The translations under genes were made by a program, and so were the position numbers. A stretch of 64,000 nucleotides of DNA from Klebsormidium nitens (Eukaryota; Plantae; Klebsormidiophyceae). The stretch is from positions 78,987-142,986 of the forward strand of contig DF237017.1 in NCBI GenBank assembly GCA_000708835.1. Reading direction: 5' to 3'. Shown here piece by piece: positions 33,401 through 43,607 of the stretch (positions are counted from its first letter, which is position 1; the number at the start of each line of letters is the position of its first letter). Under the pieces are notes generated by a model. That model did not search any database, was not told the origin of the DNA, and saw only the letters and a list, made by a program, of their open reading frames with translations.

Positions 33401-35644
33401 CCCGGAGGTATATTTCGCCGGCTCCCCTTGACTTCCGTCTTCTCAGCTTCTTTATCGACCCGTCGCTTGTCCAGTCGGTCATGCTTCTTCATGATGAGTG
33501 CCTCGAAATACTGATTCTGTTGTTGAAAGAGATCCAAGCTCTCAGAAGCGTCGGCTCCTGCCTTTTCCCCGAAGGTAATTTCCTAAGAGGTGAACCGAAA
33601 TACGTTTTATCCTGGCTCTCTCCTGACCGACCAAATTCTTCCTGATGCACATTCAACCGTTCCTCAGATGGTCAAACCTTTGCTTGCTTCGCAGAATCGT
33701 CATCGCTATTGGCATCAAACACCGCTTTTTCCTTTGCAGGCAACGAGCCGGTTTGAAGCGATCCACCCGCTGATCAAGGAGCTTGCATTAACGGGGGCCA
33801 GCAAGTCGATGAAGCCGGTCGCGGCCGCGCTGCTTCCGCTCAGCGTGGCAGAAGCGTCAGCAGACGGTAGGCGGTTGAAGCAGACGGGTTACTCTCCCTT
33901 TTGCAAGACGCTTTGGTCTGAGTGTGTCATGTGGCTGCTCTACTGAAACTTTGTGTCGCTTCTCGTTCCGTCTCATTTGGGAGGAACTTCTTACACAGAT
34001 TTGTCGACTTCGTACAGTAGAGACTTTCAAGCGAGAAAGTACCGGTCTCGGAACCGAAGAGCATGGCTTCATGGGGAAGCTGGCGTTAAAGATGGTTAAG
34101 GAGTATTCTTCGAACACTTGCCCATACGAGCCGACAGTTTACGAAGTCCCTTGCGAAATCGGTTTGCGAACATGTCCCTCAATACCACTTATATTCGCTT
34201 TGAACCTGCCGGCTAGATCATGCCTTTGTCGAGACCCGTAATTTGAGATATGTATCTTTTGGAAATTCGCCCGCCTGTTGCGTTGGGCCCGATTGTTTCC
34301 AAGATTCAGAAAGAAGGTTTCTGTTGGATCCTCATTCACCATCTCAACCTTTCAAGTCAATTCTGGAAGGGACTGGGGCCTGTCCTGTAAATCCTGACAA
34401 CCTGTTTTCCCCTCCGGGCGGATAACCGTGCCTAAAACACAAGACACGCGTGCGGAGCGTGTCCCAGAACGTGGAGCGCATTACCTGCACATAATCAGGC
34501 CTGTTAAGCCCTTTCTTTTAACCCTTCGTTGTTAAAATGGCAGTTGACCCATGCTTAGCGACTTTTTTGTGTTGAGCCTGTCCCAGAAAGTCGGAGTGCT
34601 TCACCTGCAGAGAATTCGGCCTGTGATCAGCATTCCTATAACGGTCTCTTCTCAACCTGCAGATAACCCGCGCCTTTCACGCGAGGCGGGCGACCTGTTT
34701 GTGTGGAGCCTGTCCCAGAACGTGGAGTGCTTCAAGCAGTGGGAGAAGCTGCACCTGCCGCACATCCAAGCCAGCTCCCGCCTGCTGGCCCACATCCTCC
34801 ACCAGTGGCCACGTTTCCAGTCCCAGCTCCCGGCGCTCGAGCTTTCGAAGACGCTCAAAGTCCTGCACGAAAAGGTGGGCGCCCATTGTATCGAGTTGGT
34901 CCTGGCCTCTCGTGGGTGGGTTTTTGAATGTACTGTACTGGAGATCGGTATGCGCTGGAACATTGACACTGATAAGAGAGAGGGGTGGTGCACTAGGGAG
35001 TTAGGCCGCTTCTCGTTCTGTCCTTTTCCTGTGCGATAGTATCATCTGTGCGGGGGTTCCAACTGCCATACAAATGACCTCGATCTGTGCTGCTTTGGTG
35101 GGCGCGCTCGGTAACCACGGTGAGAAAGCGGGAAGTTTTAGTCCTTCACAGTGGGCTTTCCCACATTGAGGTACCTATGGATCCAAGAATTACAACAAAC
35201 AACGAACAACGAACAACGAACAACGAACAACGAACAACGAACAACAAACAACAAACAACAAATAACAAACAACAAACTGTCTTTTGTCCGGTTTCTCATC
35301 GTGGCAATCAGCCCCGGCTCGCACTCTGACACCTTTTATGATTGCTGACACTGCAATTCGCTTCGTTGCAGCACAAAGCTGTGCTTGACGGCAACTTCTC
35401 GGGGACCGTTGCCACCACCGAATCGGAACAGACGGACGTGCTGACGGCCACTCGGGCTGCGGAGGCGCATGTGCGGGCGCTGGGCCGGAAGCTCGCACGC
35501 TTCCCGACGTGCTTCACTTTCGTGGCCTTGACCGTGGTCACCGTGGGGGTTCTTTTGGCTTACCTTCCCATCGTGGAGACAGTTGACAAGTTAGACATGG
35601 ACAGCTTGAGGGCGGAGTTTGAGAAAATCAAGTTCTTCAACTAG
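30463..35644 (+). CDS. TMEM214: Transmembrane protein 214-like (DUF2359), multi-exon
   Basis: KKPKQKKDKKPRVTVAEAASKID; EIQLMRCADYFARAF; IPLSYVPEPVVKVTGDW; GDLAAALWLWARHLLP; LMNAAGRKGQDRLVPP; ATSRFEAIHPLIKELAL; WSLSQNVECFKQWEKL; C-terminal hydrophobic helix. These are collinear with the recalled plant DUF2359 proteins. Confidence 0.88.
35194..35277. repeat. 7-bp microsatellite (AAC[G/A]AAC) x12 in the last TMEM214 intron
   Basis: AACAAAC, then (AACGAAC)x6, then AACAAAC AACAAAC AACAAAT AACAAAC AACAAAC, read directly from the sequence. Confidence 0.95.
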
Positions 35645-36185
35645 CTTTTCATCTTACATCGTGACAGTGCACAGCACAACGAGATTCAAGAGAGAGGAAG
35701 CCGGACTCTGTACGAGCCATGTTTTCTGGGCTATCGGTAGAGTTTCAAACTGGGGAGAGATACTAGGCTTGCATCTAGATGCTCAGAAAAACGTCATAGC
35801 CAATTGAACTGACGCCTTTCTGGCCTGATGTGTGTGCCGTAATCACGCTGCTGACTCAAGATGTGTGTAAGTTGGCTTGGTCGGATCGACTTTGTGCATC
35901 TGTGTTTCTACTGGTGGGCTTGGACCGGATATAAAGGAACGGACCCAGATCCATTGCACACAAAAAGTGGCGCAGGCTTCAAGCAAGGCGGCAACGCCTT
36001 TCATTCATTCATGCCAGCAATCTGATGGTCGTTTCTTTGCCGGGCAGCCCGGCCACTGTGCCGCGCCAGCCTTTGGTAGGGAGGACGTCAACGTCGCATG
36101 TTACCTGCTTCATGCACACGATTGATTGTAGGACGTGCACTTAAGTAGGACGTGCACTTAAAACTTCTACTATAAGCTACTGTAC

Positions 36186-36255
36186 CTAGCTTGACCATGC
36201 GGGGCCCCATATGATCCGATTTGAAAATTCATATGGGGCCCCGCAGTCAAGCTAG
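36186..36255. repeat. 27-bp inverted repeat (hairpin), preceded by a 17-bp tandem duplication at 36128-36161
   Basis: CTAGCTTGAC(CA)TGCGGGGCCCCATATGA, a 14-nt loop, then TCATATGGGGCCCCGCAGTCAAGCTAG. GTAGGACGTGCACTTAA occurs twice just upstream. Confidence 0.95.
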
Positions 36256-37051
36256 CTAGCTAGATCCTTGTCAATCATGTGTTTCGAGGTTAAAGAAGCT
36301 GGACTCAAATTGTCACCTTCGAATTGTACGTCCCGCTTATAAAAGCGGCCGCGGACGAATCTGCCATTCGAATTGAAACGCGTTTTAATTAAGAGTACAC
36401 TTATACATGATATCATGTGTGTATCTGTGACAGGCAGCGCAGCAATTATACATGACATAGTACTGCAAGGCGCGCGCGTCCACGGTCGATCGGAGGTCAA
36501 TGTAATTTTCTGTGCATGGCCGCCGCATGCAGGTCTCGTTCACGTAGTGACCATGATTATGACTATAATCGCGATTCTTATAGAGAGCAACCAGGGTAAA
36601 AGCAATCGTAGCATGCAATACTGACACATTCCATTCAAAGCTTGAGGCCCTAAACCTTCATGGATTTACAAAGACATTGAGTTGACCTGAAGTCATAACA
36701 TCAAATACCGATAACTTTTCGAGGCCAGTGTTGCGGTGCGACAAGGTTGGGAGGCATCGAGTCTTTTGACTAATAAACAGGCTTTCGAGCCTACTGAGGT
36801 TCTGGAATTCGTTCTTGAGCATTCGCTGTATACACGTTGAAAGCACAAAACAAGTGGGACAGGTAAGAAAACAACGATTGCTTCTTATTCAAGGACAGTT
36901 GCGTATCAATGCTGTGCACCATACACCAGGAACGCCTTTAGTGGCTGTGCATCACCTCTCAAGCTTGCAGTATGTACCACGGGCTACTTGAGATTGCTAT
37001 ATGAGTAAGTACAAGCGGCTTTTCCAATGCAGCACCGGGTTGGCTATCTTG

Positions 37052-40000
37052 TTAAACATCAAGCAGAAGCCTGCGGGGATCTTCAACGATGTCTTTGACG
37101 TTTCGCAGGAACAGGACTGCCTCCCTTCCGTCGATCAGGCGGTGGTCGTACGTCAGAGCGACGTACATCATCGGCCGTGGCTTGATGTCCGCCCCGACGA
37201 CCATTGGGCGCTTTTGGATGGAGTGCATGCCGAGGATGGCGGACTGCACAGAAAGACCGTCCGCTGTTACTAGTGGTAAAGTGTTCCGATCTAGTTAGTG
37301 ACATGTCCTTCTACCGACGTGTTCACTAGGGAAGACATGACGAGGAAATTAAGTTTGACAGTTCCGTGTACGACAATTTTAAAAACGAGCCCAATTGTGT
37401 TTGTCAGCACAATTGCCATTTCTGCATCACGCTATCACTTACTGCATTCGAGAAGCAGATTCTTCGAGCTGGACCTTGCATGAATGGCCCCACATGAAGA
37501 CAGCCACATCGAGGTTCCGCATGCTCAGCACATATGCACAAATATGCGAGGCAGCGTAATCAGCTTTGTCTTGAAAATCGGTCACTCGGTTCTCTGACAG
37601 TGCAAACAACGGGTGCCATCCAAGTTGCTGAAACTTCGGACGCAAGCTCACCTGGGGAGGGTTGACGATGGGCGTGCTCAGCAGACTGCCGTAGACGCCC
37701 CCGTTGGAGATGGTGAACGTTCCGCCCGCCATCTCGTCGATAGAGAGCGTTCCGCTGCGCGCCTTCTCCCCAAGCTCGTTGATCTTCTTCTCGATGTCGG
37801 CAAAGCCCAGCTTCTCAGCGTCACGCAGAACCGGGACGACAAGGCCCTGGGCAAACCAACGCACTTTTTCAGGTGCACACTATATCTGACTTAATCAACT
37901 GTAAGACGAGGCCCTGTGGAAGCAAACAGGGTTCGGACCATCGGCTCAGTCAACCATACCGTGGAGTAGTACAGGAGAAACAAAGCCCTATGGATGCATG
38001 TCTCGTCCGGTATCTGCATTTGTACCGCCTTTAATTCAGGGCGATTTGAACCACTCCCTGTGCGATTCATCGAGATACCCCGGGAAAATTAGGCGAAAGC
38101 TGTACAATCGCGGCAGGGACGGCTGGCGACACAACGACTGAAAAGCTTCGTCCAGATTGCGGCAGAGGGTCCGGCCCAAACCCAGCTTTGCCGGGCAATC
38201 AAGAAGATGAGCAGATGAGGACGGTCCACAATATAGTTTTCAGCAAGTATACCTTGATGTATTCGAACGGTGTCGAGTTTCTGAGGTAGGGTCTAACCAC
38301 GACAATGGGTGGGAAAGGACACGGAGGCGCACAAAACAAAAGAGGGCAGCGTACGTCAAATGTTCAGGCACAGTGCCTATGACAGATGGCCACGTGGCAG
38401 ATAGAGACCGCGGTGCGGATGACGAAATGCATAACGTGACGCACCTTGGGCGTGCCCACGGCTATGCTGACGTCGACATAGTCTCTGTAGATGATGTCAT
38501 CACCGTCGATGACTGCGTTCACAACCGGCGCCTTTTTTAGGGACTCCGCAGCAGCCTGTATAAGACAAGTATGTGGTGTCCAATCCGATGTCTGCCGCGC
38601 AAGATCTTCGATCCCACAGTTTGATTCGGGCCTAAATGGCATGGTCAACTCGTAAACGACTGCCTCCGGGAGTTACAATCTTTTTGCGAGACGAAAGTCG
38701 CAACGTCAGTTCGACGTGACCTCTATTCATTAGCCTGATCTGTCGCCAGAACCAGCAGGACGGAACCAGCAGAACGGAACCAGCAGAACGAATTAACGTA
38801 CCACCAGATGCTTCCTGGCGGGTTTCTGAGAAAGCTCTTGATTCGTGTCGGAGATAGGCAGACAGAAAGCGGCGCGCACCTTGACAAAGCCAGACATGAA
38901 GCCCAGCTTGACCCCGTGCTTCTCCAGAAAGGCGTCCTTGAAGTCGCTTCGCAGCTGCATGATGTTGGTCCTGCGAACACGGAGGGGGAGCTGACGTCAG
39001 GGTGACATCATCCGCAGGTTGTTGCTCGTTTGATTTTGAGAACGACTTTCCACCTTAATTAGCAATTAGTTTACACACGCACGTCCCCTAGAAGATATCA
39101 GGTTCTGCGAATCGAGAACATCGAGAACCAGCTAGCGCATCGTGCAAAGTTGTGTACACTACGGATAGGCCCTTACGCATGCCAAGGACCGTATTTTGGG
39201 CAGACATCCCTTCGACTGGCAAGATAACAACGTGGCTCACATGTCGATCTCGTTAAAGGTGGTCAGTAGGGCGAACGTGTTCTGGGAGTCCTTGAGTCGG
39301 GTCGCAACCCGTTTCCGCAGCCGCGTCATTGGAACCTGAACCAGTCGAATTGTCATGTTTTGAGTTTAAAAACCTTACATTACCACCCGCTGGAAGTCTT
39401 CGTCGGGCTACTCTAAGGTCTTAGTTGCTGGAGAAAACCAACGGGCGAGCATGCATGAAAGCCTAGGTTTCCGAAGCCAGTCCAGATCTCGCGAGGAGTC
39501 CGTCTTGCAAAGGTCGTGAGGTAATCAAGCACCCCCAACTTCTACGAGCTTAGAAAAGGAACACGCCAGTACGAAGTCAGCAACCTTCTACCGTCCAACT
39601 TGAAGCAAGCACCTTTGACTCGCCGACATCCTTCTTTTTTACGAACAATATCTGGAAATATGGAACGACCTCACTCACTCTGCGCTCCCGATCCTTTGGC
39701 ACCAGCTGCGGCGTGTCCTGCGGCGCGGCTGGTTTCGGGGGCGGGGGGCTGGCCGGCTTCGGAGGGGGCGGCGGCGCAGCCTTCTCCTGCTTAGGTGGGG
39801 GCGCCGCCTTCTTCTCTTCCTTGGGGGGGGGTGCTTCTGCCTTGGGCTCCTCAGATTTGGGCTCTTCTGCCTTTGGAGCCGCATCCGTTTTGGGGGGAGC
39901 CTCTCCTTTGCTGAGAGTGGCCACCACCGTACCCGGGGTGACTGTGTCGCCCTCCTTGACTTTGATGGCGGTGATGGTGCCAGCCTCGGGAGTGCGGACG

Positions 40001-42489
40001 TCGATCGTCACCTGAGGGACGGGGAGGTGTTCGGTTTGCCAGCGTCATTTGAAATCCTTGACTTTGATGCTTGTGATATTGCCGGCCTCGGGGGTGCGGA
40101 CGTCGATCGCCACCTGAGGGCTTGCTAGCGTTCTTTGAGACCCATTGCTGAGTTTCATATTAAGTCGAGGGAGTTGGTCATAGGATGGAATGAGCAATTT
40201 GCAGTGGTTGCACGAATGACATATCGTTAAGGCCCTGGGAACCACAGAAGCTGCCTTTGAAAGCAGTATCCTGTTGATCCGAAACGTGGCTCTCTTAAAA
40301 GGCGACTTGAAAAGGGGTCACGTAACGAATTCGAGGGAACCCAGTCAAGCTCAATACGCATCCGTGTGCAGCTGCCTGCACTGCTCAGGCTTGATCCGTT
40401 AAGCGTGTCCTATTCTCCTTTCTTGTTGAAACACACGAGTCATCAGATTATCCTTCCTGCCAGTCTAAGCAATCAAACTGATTATTGCGTCATTGTCTCT
40501 GCAAGACACCACAACCTGCACTGCCTCCCGCAGTCTCTTGTTTACCGTCCCTGTCCACTGTCCTTCTCAAGAGGTGGCTTGATCGACAAATATACACGGA
40601 AGGCGAAATCGAAGCATCCATACTTATCTCGCAAGGGGCTTCGAGCAACTTACCTTGTCGGTCTCGATTTGTGCAATGACCTCATCAGCCTCCACATGGT
40701 CACCTTCGCCTGCAGTCCCGCACAGTCAAAGTTAGAGCAGCTGCTCGATGAGATCAGATTGACAGATGTGGCACAGTACATAGCTGCGTACAGATGAAAA
40801 ATACTCTTGCCTTAAGGCAGGTTGACATGTGTACAGTACAGAAACTGATCAAAGAGGGACACCAAGCTAATTCTCGACTAGCAGATTAGACGGCAGAATC
40901 GACATGGAAAGACCGACTCAGTACTTTTCAATATGCACATTGACTGAAGGTAACCAACCGCTTGTGTCTGAATTGTACTTGCATTGGCATCTGGGTCTTA
41001 CTTTTCAGAATTGCAGCCAACGAGCCGTCCGTGATTGACTCTCCCATGGACGGAACAACCGCTGTAAAATCGCCGTCTGCAAAGCCACGGCTCCAAACTG
41101 CCTGCCAGGGGACGGTGCGACCGAGTTCCCACCTGCATGGTCAGACTTTGAAGTCTGGTCTGGCTCCATAACTCTTGTAACTCAGGTTACAAACATGACA
41201 AAGTTCATGCTTTCACGCTATCTATTCCAGCAAGGCAGACAAAACTTTTCGTGCTTGAATTGTCAAGAAGGTAAGGGCCGTTATGGTGGCCAAAGTGATG
41301 CAGTAGAGAAGCGGCTTCTTGACCTTGAGTGGACATGACCCTTCTTGGGTGGCTGTAATGCACACTCAATCTTCAGTGGAATGTGAACACTCTAATCGCC
41401 ATCATGTCAACCTCAGTTTGTTCCTATGCTTGGTGAGGGTAGGAACTTACCTTGACCTTGACAAACCTGACAAACCTGCAAGGGCCCAGAAGTAGCAAGT
41501 AAGATCAGAGCTGAAACAACCATAGTTTCAATTAACAGCACAATGGCTTTGAATCATGTACCGCCTTCCTGCACATGGTCAAAATCAGTGTCCCGATTGC
41601 AGCATTGAAGACGAAAAAGGAAACTTGGCTCCTTCCTTGGGGCAGCGCGAAACTTCAGTTGCACAGACGCAGCGTCACATTGTCGATACAGGGTCACCTT
41701 GTAATAGGCAGCAACATATTGCTTTAAGGTCTGTGGCAGGGACTGAACTTCTTACCATGATGCGAGCCTGCTGCAGTGCTGATGTCACGGAGCAATAGCA
41801 ACGGCCCAGCAGCGGCGGGTTGTATCTGCACAAGGTATTGGAGATCCTCAATGATGATCACCGGAGGGAATTTATGGAAATTGCATGTTTGCAGTTCTGA
41901 TCAGTGCTTCAAAATTGTGCACATTCGTCTACAACACAGGCTTAAGAAATGGAGTCTGGAAACCTTGCGCATTCATTGATAGTCTCTAATTTTGGCAAAT
42001 TCTTTCATGAAATTCCCACTTGTTCCAAAGGTGCAGAGTTGTATATTGTGCCAATTTCACACAACTCTTTCTCTGCACGTGCACCTGCCCTTTTGGATAT
42101 GTTCATGTGGAACAGAAGAGAGCTTTTGCAAAGAACACGGAGCACTATTCGAACGGAATTGTTTTGAAAATTATCACAGAGAGGAACTTGTCTTTATGGA
42201 TCACATTTCCTGCACCAATTGCTCATCTCTTCAACGACAGGACTTCTCCCCAACTCTTATCAAAGGTGGGAGATTGCTCATGATCCGATAAATGCAAGTG
42301 ACAATTAAAGGCAATATTAATCAAAAGCTGATCCATCCCTTGACAACATGACTTGCAACGAAAACCCATGGCCGCATGCATGTTGCTCACCAGCTCCGCT
42401 GATCGTCCATTGAGCAGTTGGCCGGACCGTCGCTGCGCCACTCTTGCGACGTGGCGTGTGATCCCTCCAACCAGTTTCGAAGCTCCCAT
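37052..42489 (-). CDS. DLST: Mitochondrial dihydrolipoamide succinyltransferase (2-oxoglutarate dehydrogenase E2)
   Basis: Arg-rich presequence; lipoyl domain [11 protein letters not shown]...IETDK|VTIDV; PAK-rich linker; [19 protein letters not shown]; [20 protein letters not shown]; catalytic [12 protein letters not shown]; stop at 37052. Confidence 0.96.
38749..38790. repeat. 14-bp tandem repeat x3 in a DLST intron
   Basis: GAACCAGCAG[G/A]ACG at 38749, 38763 and 38777. Confidence 0.9.
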
Positions 42490-43607
42490 TGTGCCAAGCA
42501 ATCAAGCAAGAGAGAGAACCTGCATCCAGCTTTCTGGAGCTCCAATCCAATCCTGTTCGCCCCTGAGCGTCAGCCTTCAGGCTTCAACTTCAAGCACAAA
42601 TCAGCCCACTCAGGAATCGAGTCAGACTGCTCAAGAACTTGAAGTTGAAGTTGGAAATTGGAAATTCTCGAGCTTGAGAGATATTAACAAATTTTATATA
42701 TTTGCTTCTTGCTGCCAAAAGAATCGTCACCTGCCGCAATAGCTCAGCTGGGAGAGCGTAAGACTGAAGATCTTAAGGTCCGGCGTTCGATCCGCCGTTG
42801 CGGCAGCGTTTGAAAGTTGTTCCCTGCTTCTTTTTGGCCTTCTTTCATCGTTATTTCGGTGATGAGCCGTTGAGCTAGGAGCTGCTAGGTCACAGATGAG
42901 CCCTCGCTTGATATTTGATCTACCACGCCAATTTTTTGATACATCCGTTGCTATGCATGTTCGATCGCTGGACCTGCCAATCTCAACCGAGACTTAGCAA
43001 ACTTAGCAAACTTGTTTTAACATGTGCGCGCGTCTGCCGTGCACACGTTGGGCTCCTGGCAACATTACATGCTCGATCGAAGTATGCAACCAACAGCTTG
43101 GGCAAGATCCGAAACTTCCGCCAAACTATATGCACAATTGCATCGATTTGCAACAGTCACCAAAGACAATCAACATTCTGAGTGTCGACCTATTCAAGTT
43201 TGGCGTACAAATCCAGTAGCACGATCATATGATCTATACGTGATGGTCATACACTGAAACTTTGACGATCTGGCATATAGAGCGCGCTCTAAGCTCGCCA
43301 GCAAAGAAACTACATAGGATGGGAGCAACGCTTACATGCCATACGTGTGCACACCAATGATCCATACGTTAAATGACCTTGAGCCACTATAAAAGGTTGA
43401 TCGGACATGCTTGGTAGAGCACGGTGCCAAGCCAGCGAAAGACCAGCATGTGCAGTTCCCAAGTTCTGCAAGCTTTGAACTTTGTTACAGAGTTATAGTC
43501 GACAATCAACGTGTCAATGTGTGGCCATTCGAAAGCGTGTACAATGCCTGACCCACCGCCTGCGGAACTGGACATGTTTCTCCTAACTATAGAACGTTGT
43601 CAAGCAC

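Noticed and set aside
35194-35277. Short regular repeat as a CRISPR array
   Set aside because: It is a contiguous 7-bp microsatellite with no spacers, inside a eukaryotic intron, and there are no cas genes.
40045-40113. A second lipoyl domain in DLST
   Set aside because: The duplicated segment covers only ~19 codons and ends in TGA. It is a decoy exon start, not a domain.
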